The notes below the pieces were generated by a model, which made no database searches, was not told where the DNA came from, and saw nothing but the letters and a program-made list of their open reading frames with translations. The translations under genes and the position numbers were made by a program. This document shows positions 54,447-64,000 of a stretch of DNA of 64,000 bases, piece by piece (positions within the stretch are counted from its first letter, which is position 1; every line of letters begins with the position of its first letter). Origin of the DNA: Octopus sinensis (lineage: Eukaryota); assembly GCF_006345805.1 (NCBI RefSeq), contig NC_043006.1, forward strand, positions 42,904,001 through 42,968,000, written 5' to 3'.

Positions 54447-55798
54447 TAAAAAGATCCTTATACTGTTTAATTTGTGTGGATACTTATGGCTGTTTTAAAT
54501 TTGTTTTATGTTTTATATGTGAGACATGTCCACTAAGTATTAGATCAAGTATTTTGATGCACCAAGTGACATTATATTTATTTCTAGAAATAAATCTTTA
54601 ACAAATGATAGCGTCTATTTACTTTTAGCATGTCTGTGTATTTATGCCATAAAGACGCTCATTGTTGAATTTTACTGTGTATCCAAAGATTTTATTATAA
54701 AAGTTTCACGTTTAAAGATTTGAGCATTTTGAAAATCAAGCACCTAAATTTAGAGATTTAGATCCAAAATATTTTGATAACAGATGTAATGTGAACGAGT
54801 TAAAATTTTTAGCAGTCACGTAGTTGACATCAGCTATACTGAAATCGTACAAGAGTTTATTTCATTCAAAGACACGTACAGAGAGATAATGAGCATTGGC
54901 CATATAGCAATTTCAAGAGTCGAACAACTGACCATCAACAATTCATGATCACCAATGACATATGTTCCATTTATCATAACCTGTCTATATTGTGGCACAC
55001 TTTTCTAACCTTGTCAATAATTAGCGCTGTTGCCGTGTGAATCAGCCGGTTCAAGCATATAAAATAGGAATCTCATTTCTACAATGAATGATAATACATT
55101 ATCTGGGTTATTTTGCTCTCCATTGAATCGTATTTGGCTACAGAAGTGGTTCATAATAAAGTAACACATAAGCGCAAGCCTGGCAGTGTAATTCAGAAGC
55201 TCTCTCTGCAACTATGTGGTTTTAAAGTCATTCCCAAGGCACGGTATTTGGAGTAAGTCTCTCCTACTATAACCCTGATCCGTCCAATGCATTGTGAGTG
55301 AATTTGGTTGAGAGAAAATAGGTGGAAGCTCGCCGTTTCGTTGCTCACCCGTGCCCATCGTCCATCTTTCTTTCCTTCACGTGACCATTTTTCTTTTCCT
55401 GCACGGACTTTTAAACGAACGGAGTGTTTTTTCTCTCTCGTTCCTATCTTTTCTCTTTTCAAAAAAATGTTTCTCCCAGCGTTCACTAATTTCCTCTCGT
55501 TCTGGCCTAACGACCCTCCATGTTTGTTTTCGTTCGTTTTCCTTGTATGTCTTCACAGTAATTTTTTCTCCAACTTTGACCCTCCATAAATCCTAAATTT
55601 TATTTTAGAATTTATGGGAGCAACTGTATTTGATGACTTATATTGTCGTTGAATGCTCGAAATGAGGAGTAGATAGACAGACGACAACTGATGAAGGGTC
55701 CTTTCTCTGTGTTAATTTGTACTGTTTTCCATTTTTCTCTTTGTTTACGTATTTCAAGTTATCTGCACCGTTGGTGACATCCTGTACCCATATATGTG

Positions 55799-55854
<56 letters not shown>

Positions 55855-55860
55855 CATACA

Positions 55861-55911
<51 letters not shown>

Positions 55912-55931
55912 TATATATATATATTTATATT

Positions 55932-55962
<31 letters not shown>

Positions 55963-55982
55963 TATATATATATTTATATTTA

Positions 55983-56015
<33 letters not shown>

Positions 56016-56033
56016 ATATATATATATTATATT

Positions 56034-56152
<119 letters not shown>

Positions 56153-56507
56153 TACGGAGATGTACTCGCATAGCAAGTAATTTGATCTGAGATCGTGTGC
56201 TGAAACGAAAACAATTGCAGCGTGGAAGGTGTTTATAAGCCATTTAAGAAACACACAAAAGCCGTTCGATTCACTTCAACATTTAAGTTTAATTTGTCAA
56301 AATATTTTCGTCGCTAAAATCCGCGACCTGTTCACTGACAAAGTCCGTGCTGCATCTCGGACTTTGTCAGCACGGACTTTGTCAGTGAACAGGTCGCGGA
56401 TTTTAGCGACGAAAATATTTTGACAAATTAAACTTAAATGTTGAAGTGAATCGAACGGCTTTTGTGTGTTTCTTAAATGGCTTATAAACACCTTCCACGC
56501 TGCAATT

Positions 56508-56511
<4 letters not shown>
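56153..56511. mobile_element. Palindromic Penelope pLTR-like element in (TA)n: two 144-bp arms, each with a variant hammerhead fold
   Basis: Arms 56209-56352 / 56368-56511 are exact reverse complements by eye; 15-nt spacer. Confidence 0.85.
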
Positions 56512-56547
<36 letters not shown>

Positions 56548-56551
56548 TATA

Positions 56552-56592
<41 letters not shown>

Positions 56593-56598
56593 CATACA

Positions 56599-56662
<64 letters not shown>

Positions 56663-56720
56663 CGTCAATGTATCATATATCCGGAAAAAAGTACACTCTA
56701 AGGCATAGAACAGTACTGTA

Positions 56721-56872
56721 CTAAAAGTAATTAAGTTTATATCCAGTGACAGAGTGACCAATGGTTTCAAATCCACAGAGGCTTTAGCCTCGAGACGTCC
56801 GTGAGACTAAAGCCTCTGTGGATGTGAAACCATTGCTAAATCTACAACCTGACATAAAATTAATTACTTTTA
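56721..56872. mobile_element. Small foldback/MITE with 29-bp inner stem
   Basis: 56759-56787 pairs with 56807-56835 (1 mismatch); outer IR aaaagtaattaa / ttaattactttt. Confidence 0.75.
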
Positions 56873-56895
56873 ATACACACACACACACACACACA

Positions 56896-56948
<53 letters not shown>

Positions 56949-56959
56949 GTATGTATAAT

Positions 56960-57330
56960 GAAAAGAATATGAAAATGCAGAAGTCTTTAAAAGTATTTAT
57001 TAAAAGTATTTATTATTTCAATCCTAATTTTAGGGACTTCCTTTTAGCACAAAGATCTAAGTCGCCACTGAGTGGTATTTGTCTTATGGTGGGGTCACTC
57101 ACTTGTTGGCGGTGGACAGTCATCCTCTTTCTGAGAGTAAGGCTAGTTTGCCCTACGTATTCTTCTTTGTGGCACCCTTTACATAAATTAAATATTTTGT
57201 GCGCAGGTGAAGTAATTTTTTGCCGACAAAAGTGTGTCCTGATTGAAATTTATACATTGTACCTTCAATGAGGTTACGCAAGTCCTACAATTGGAGCGAC
57301 CAAATTTTTTATTGTCAAAAATTGTGGTCG
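56960..57330 (-). pseudogene. Penelope-like element GIY-YIG endonuclease remnant
   Basis: Minus strand gives GRSNCRTC, then CKGCHKEEYVGQTSLTLRKRMTVHRQQ (YVGQT..L..R...H motif). Confidence 0.8.
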
Positions 57331-58405
57331 CTCACACCGCCCTAAAAACATAACACACACACATACATAAGTACACACGCGCGCATATACACGCACACAC
57401 ATGCACACCACCCTGACAAATGTAATAAACACATACAAATTCTCACACACACAGCGTCCTGAGAAATATAACACTCACATACACACGCATACATACTTAC
57501 ACACATACACACACCGTCCGAATAATTATACGATACATACATACACAGACTCACACACATATCCACGTGCACGCACACACCGCTCTGACCAGAAAAAACA
57601 CGCACACGTACATACACACATACACTTACACGCAGATACACACCATTCTTTACTTATAAGTCACACATATAAACCCCAAAACACCAGCTAAACCTACTGA
57701 ACCATAACACAATCAGCTCACCAAATAAGCCTTTCTTGGCGCCACAACTATTAGAAATCAGAACAATCGCGAACTACCTTTTAATCATGTGACTACCATC
57801 AACCACCCACACTGTTTTTAGAGGGAAAGCAATTCTAAGCCACCTTAAGAAAAAAAGCAGAACCATCTTTTGATCAAGTGACTACCATCAATCAACCACA
57901 TTGTTTTTTAAAAAGACAATTTTGAGCCTCCATTTCTGTACAAAATAGTGGTAACTGTCAAATTCCATCAAGATGTGAGACCCTACAGCCAGATCCGAGA
58001 ACTATAAATGGTTTGCTATTACTCACCTTTTTTTTTTTTTTTCAAGTTAAGATGCTGCAAACAATTATGGTTTCTGATCACAGTGAGACTAAAACTTTAG
58101 TACCCACTGATTGACAATCCAGCTACGTTTTATCTTCTTGTCAAAAACTCTGTTACTTGATTTGGATATATTTATGTAAACTCATTTTTATCTTCTTATC
58201 ACTATAAAAACTTCTATTACGTGATCTGAATGCTTTTATGTAAACTATTTTTTGACTCATCACAGATGATACACAAAGCCTCAAAACGTGTGTTATCATT
58301 GTCAAAGAATCTATCACTTGATTTGAATACATTTATGTAAACTAATCTTTCACACCACAGAAGATACACAAAGCTTCATACTTTACTTTTGGTGACGACG
58401 ACGAC

Positions 58406-58453
<48 letters not shown>

Positions 58454-60991
58454 AGTACATGTCCTGAAACCATTTTTATGCGCTCGCTCCCGAAACATTA
58501 GAACCTGGATATGTCCTTATTAACTAAGTTACAGAAACGATCGTTACGCTCCCCACATTAGACATAGCAGTTATTTATCTGCCATTGATTTACATATTAG
58601 TATGATTAAGGAACAAGCTGTTTCTACATCATATATATTTTTTGTGTCGATTCATCTTATAATCAATTTTAAGCTAACGAAACATGTATATGTAGCTGCA
58701 AAAAAAAAAAACTTCCGGTTAATCATTCTCACTAAGTAAAACTTACACTGCCTCCAAAGGTAACCACTTCGTTGAAGTAATGAACAAACTTGCCTGTTAG
58801 TTCATCCTTCCACTCTAAAGATATGAAATAGAAAAATATAAGAGAGACACTGAGTAAGGAATGGAAAGGAAAGAGGAGACTCATACGTCCGCAAACAAGT
58901 TTATTCAATGGGCAGCTGACACGTGGTGGTTAAACCTGCTGAAAATAGCAACTAAATCTCTCACAAATCATAACCTAAGACTTAAATAAAGGTTATATTA
59001 ACCTATTAGTGCCCATGGTCCTTTTTTAGGACCAGAAGGATAATCCATCATATTTCTGCAATACCTGTATTTTTCTGAGATATCTTTAGTTAGTCATCAA
59101 GACTGGAGTGTCTTTCAAATATAGTAATAAAAATTCTTTTATATATTTAGTATCAGATAAAGTTGTATAGAAAGAGATTTTTGGTAATAAATTAAATAAA
59201 AGAGTTTGGACACCAATGGATTAATATATACGACGAGGTTATCACTACTGAACGACTTTCATCATAGGGTTTTTTTTTTCCAACTATGATTTGAGGCTGT
59301 ATATTGATATATATATATTATAAACATTTTTTTCTTTTAAAATGGCTGGAAATAATTTAATGAATGTAAATAAATACAAATATAATTAAGAAATAATTTA
59401 AAGAAATGTCTGAGTCAGAATAGTACACTCTATAACTTTGATTCTTTATTTTCCTTGTCCAAGTACCGGAAATTTCGCATTCAAAAAATACCGGCGAGCA
59501 ATTCGAATGTCAGAGTGAGCCCACAGCCTTGTAGTTTTAGTACTGTGCTTTCCCCTGTGATTCTAGTTTGTCAAGGAAGAAACCTCTCAAGTAGCTCTTA
59601 TTGTCAAATATGTAACACATGGGTATTTTGTCCTGTAAGGCTACTCAGTCTTTCCTTCTACTCCCATGAGGGGGAACTGCTCTGTTGTCTCCTGGAATTA
59701 TTAGAACTTAAATATCCATATAGAGTTCACACGGCTAATACGTCATTTTTGTTAGTTTGGCGCTTGCTATCCGCTCATACCGCATCACGAAAGTGACGTT
59801 AGGACAAGGGTCGCTAACATCAGTAGTATTCTCCACTGTAATCCATGTGATGTGATGTCCCATGTATAATAGTATGAGTATCAAGCAAGGTATGCAATGC
59901 AACGGTTCCACAGTATTTTCCTCTCGTCATCCGCTTTGAATATCAGGAATATAGGTGCGAGCATACTGAGTGGACAATATCACTTCACAACCATGTTGTT
60001 TTGAATTCAGTTCCACAGGGCATCACTGTGGACAAGCGTTTCTACAATAAAATAAATACTGGGTTCAATTTGTTCGGCTAAGTTCTTCAAGGCAGTGCCC
60101 CAGCATGACCGCATACAATGACTGAAACAAATAAAAGAATAAAGAAATACTTCTGAATATTTATTCCTCGTCTAATTGAGGATATGCCATTCCATATATT
60201 CACTTGGGTTATTTGCAATTGCTCTGATGGCGGTATGAGAAAAAAAACCCCGAGCTTTTGGAGTGGGGAGATGCAGAGAGCAGTTCTCATCTTACTTCCT
60301 TTTTCCTTATTTTGCTGTTTGGTCAAGGACTGAGGTATCGATGTCCTGCCCTTTGTCAGGAAGCTCTACCAGGCAGATTGTTTTCCCCATCAACTAATTC
60401 ATACTAAAGGCCTATTTTTTTAAGGAAGCTCTAGTGAAAGAAGGAAGGTTTTCCTTTTCTCTCAATTCGCATTCTTCAATTTTTTCAGTCCTTCATTCAA
60501 CAAAATGTGTGTGTAAGTTATTTCCGGTGGGGAATGAAAGAGTTAGCATGTTTACGCCTGTGTTGTTTTGTTGTTTCCTATATAGTTATTGTCTAATCCA
60601 AGATTTGTATTTTCTGCCAATAAATTATTATTTTACCTTCTCCTTAAAAAATATTTATGCTTTGCCATATGATTAAATTGGTTGTCTTCTTTTTTTTCTC
60701 CTTTTTTTCCTAGTTAGAATCATTTGAAATTTTGGGTGGGCGTTATCGTTCTGTCGAGAAGTAACCATTTTATAGGATGACTGTATGTATAAAAAAAAAA
60801 TAATAACATGTAAAAATTCTGAGAATGGTAGCGTTTTTTTTTCTTCTCACTCTGTACAGAAAGATAATCAGGTATATTTCAGAAGGATTCTTTGAAGGAG
60901 ATATTTAAAAAGAAGCTCTTTTTCTGCAGCTTCGTTCTTTAAAATAAATATCATGGTGTGATAAAAAGAACACGTCTTTTCACGTCAGCAG

Positions 60992-61003
60992 ATATTAATG
61001 ATG

Positions 61004-61090
<87 letters not shown>

Positions 61091-61154
61091 TTATTATTAT
61101 CATTATTATTATTGTTATTATTATAATTATTATTATTATTATTATTACTATTAC

Positions 61155-61196
<42 letters not shown>
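60992..61196. repeat. (AAT)n switching to (ATT)n, an inverted trinucleotide array
   Basis: Directly visible; strand switch near 61090. Confidence 0.9.
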
Positions 61197-61197
<1 letters not shown>

Positions 61198-62613
61198 TTC
61201 TTTATTTTATTAGCCTTACACATCAAGAGACAGGAGATATAAAAAGATATGCGAAACTTTGACTAATAGTTTGAAAGGAAAGAAAAGATAATGTGAAGTG
61301 TGAAAAAAACACGTTTATAAATCCGAAGTGAGCGGATAAGAGACGTTATACAATATGTGGATGGATTTATTAAGCAATGTAAAAGTGCACACACCCACGT
61401 ACATACATATATACATACGTACATGCACGCATAAATACATACATATATACATACATACATACATGCAAGTCTATGCGTATACATATAAATATGCACACAT
61501 GCACGCACATATGCATGCATATACGCACATACATCTGCACGAAAAATGTACTTTAAATCACACACTAATTGCATAAAACAAGATATGATTTAAACAAAAT
61601 AAGATTACTGATTAGTTTCAAGAATTTAATATATTTCTGATTTCACCGTATATGTGTGTGCGCGTGCAAGATTTTCCGATATATATCTGATGTTCTTCGA
61701 ACAAAGTACTTCGCAATATTTCCTCTGCATCGAGTTACAACTACTCTCTATCACACTTACCATCAAAAAAATTTAAGTGTGGTGAAACAGTGATTGAGTC
61801 ATAGGAAACTTGTAATCAACGACTCTCCTACTCATTTACTAATTACGACATCTATATATCAATATGATAGACTCAATGGAAATTCCTCGATTTGTGAATC
61901 TATAAATTTTAATAGCTATAATAATCGTCTTAATAGCAAATCTGATAAGAGGATTATATTGTGGCACAATCCTGAATTCGAGCTCCAGTTATCATCTAAA
62001 ATTGCGAGGCGTTTTTCAATGCATTGAATAAGCATTTTCTAAAATCCGATAATTATCGCAAAATTGTCAATAGACATACAGTAAAACTATCGTATGCAAC
62101 ATCACGTAACTAACAATGCTTTATTCCTTAATTTAAAAAAGGTAACTTAACGAAATAAATAATAATATAAACTATCAGTTTGGTAATAATAACAATAAAG
62201 AAACCAGCAAAAGACCGTTCAAAGTGGTTTGCAATATCCAAGACATTATTCATAGCAATATTGTTACGAGTAATTAAAAAGTAACAATTTCAGCTATATC
62301 TGGTAAAGGATGTGGTTATCCTAGAAAATGCGTTGCTAGTTGTACTATTTACGAATGGTAAGAAAGGTGGAAATCATAACACTGGTACTAATAAGATTAA
62401 TTATATAAATAAAAAAGAAACAAAAACGGAAATAATAAAATCAAAATTAATTGTAATAAGAATAAGTATATGTATATATGGGTGTGAGTATACATACCGT
62501 GTTAATTTATCTGTATGAGTTATTTTTACTTTTGTTCTAAATTTCTTGCTGTACACACACACGCACGCACACACACACATATATTATGTATGTGTGTGTG
62601 TATGTATATATAT

Positions 62614-62644
<31 letters not shown>

Positions 62645-62662
62645 TGGTTTCTAGAGAGAATC

Positions 62663-62988
62663 ATTCTCTTTTAGTTCCTTTATCGTTTAATACACTCACT
62701 GGTAAATTTTCCACTCATTTACTTATTTTTCTAAAATTTTCATTGCGTCTTGCAACCTTTTCAATAGCCGTTGACTCTGTCTATTATCCGAGCTGCGTTC
62801 TTTTTGTTCAATAATCGTGTTACGATTTTCACCGTTTTCTTCATAAAGAACGCAGCTCGGATAACAGACAGAGTCAACGACTACTGAAAAAGTTGCAAGG
62901 CGCAACGAAAATTTTAGAAAAATAAATAAGTAAATGAGTGGAAAATTTACCTGTGCGTGAGTTAAATGATAAGGCACTAAAAGAGAAT
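62663..62988. mobile_element. Foldback element with about 140-bp imperfect arms, each with a minimal hammerhead-like fold
   Basis: Arms 62663-62803 / 62845-62988, 41-bp spacer; next to a TA tract. Confidence 0.85.
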
Positions 62989-63082
62989 AACATTCCCCAG
63001 ACAGAACAGTATATACTTCAACACAAGAACTCACATACAGAATCTTGCAAACCAAACCCCAAAATGAAACATATATATATAT

Positions 63083-63494
63083 AATCGCAGTAGAGTCCGC
63101 TGGAACGGACAATCATGTTAAAGTGGCTACGAATATTACTTGTCAGTACAACTACTGCGTTGATCTTTTGGAGAGATCTTAAAACCAGTATTTTTGCTTC
63201 TTGCAAAATCAGCGACCGTGTGTCCGCTTGAAATATATATATTGCGTGCAGAAGCGAGCGCTATCATCTCTAGTAGACAAGGTGTCCAGTACTGAGGAGT
63301 GGCAGAAATAGCCCGAAACCAGGATTGGTCTACTGGTCCCGTCGCTAGAAGATGGTAGGGGTTTGGTCCCTTGCTCGTAATTTTATCAGATGCAACTATG
63401 CCTCGTTAACCAGCTTGAGGAGAAGTTCTCTTGGGGTTAAAAAATCGCAGTAGAATCTGCTCGGACAGCCATTTTAAAGTAGCTGCGAATATTA
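63083..63494 (+). mobile_element. Retrozyme-like element: 360-bp unit plus partial repeat, containing a type I hammerhead
   Basis: aatcgcagtaga...cggaca...ttaaagt.gct.cgaatatta at 63083-63138 and 63443-63494; flanked by TA/TG tracts. Confidence 0.7.
63261..63358 (+). ncRNA. Type I hammerhead ribozyme (predicted cleavage after C63330, GUC)
   Basis: Stem I ccagta/tactgg; core CTGAGGA; stem II g(t)ggc-agaaata-gccc; GAAA; stem III acca-ggat-tggt; C17. The distal stem I extends through gac/gtc, tag/cta and ctatcatct/agatggtag. Confidence 0.85.
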
Positions 63495-63544
63495 TTTATG
63501 TACGCATGTATGTGTGTGTGTATATATATACTTAATAGTTTCAA

Positions 63545-63750
63545 ACTTTGGCACAGGGCCAGCAATTTTTAAGGAAAGGTAGAAGTTGCGTGTATCGACC
63601 CCAGTACTTGACTGGTATTTATTTTATCGACCTCGAAAGAGTGAAGAGCAGAACCGACTACGGCGGAATTCGAACTCAGAACATAAAGATAGACGAAATG
63701 CCGCTAAGCATGTTTTTCCGACGTGCTAACGTTTCTGCCAGCTCACTGCC
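63545..63750 (-). mobile_element. Family B SINE
   Basis: Same motif order as the other family B copies. Confidence 0.8.
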
Positions 63751-64000
63751 TTATATATGTATACACATGATGACATGAGAATCAGTTTTTGATTCCCTGG
63801 GCATCCTAAATTTCTTTACTCAATCTCTCGATATGTTTATAAGTAGAGAAGAAACGCATTCTAACAAAGAAATAACCCAGCTTTATCTATCTGGAATTAT
63901 GAGTGTAATGTGTCCGTGTGTCCGAGAGAATGGGAGACCATGATAGATAATTCCGCAAGCAGTTCACACTTAACTGGATGTTGGCAGAAATTTTTGACCA

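Noticed and set aside
55655-55710. GAAA ... CTGATGA in type II order
   Set aside because: Helices I and III cannot be formed.

Overview
AT-rich, repeat-saturated, non-coding animal genomic DNA. The SINE repertoire (tRNA-headed CORE-type SINEs with internal TA/CA tracts, a second tRNA-derived SINE, and a GAT-tailed family) fits an octopus genome; that assignment is recognition, not a database hit. No host protein-coding exon can be supported, and nearly all listed ORFs are translations of (TA)n, (TATG)n, (CA)n or (AAT)n microsatellites. Real coding remnants are all transposon-derived: RTE LINEs, Dong/R4-type RLE retrotransposon 3' ends stacked in (TAA)n, Penelope-like GIY-YIG remnants, and mariner/maT remnants. 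There are two U6 snRNA-derived copies, both joined to SINEs, and two tandem duplications with breakpoints in TA tracts. The main discovery is a set of small elements carrying hammerhead ribozyme folds, mostly embedded in TA tracts. One is an apparently intact full type I hammerhead (63261-63358) inside a 360-bp retrozyme-like unit. Minimal dimer-type hammerheads sit in foldback elements whose core position 3-8 pair covaries: C3-G8, G3-C8 at 56385, and U3-A8 at 62764.
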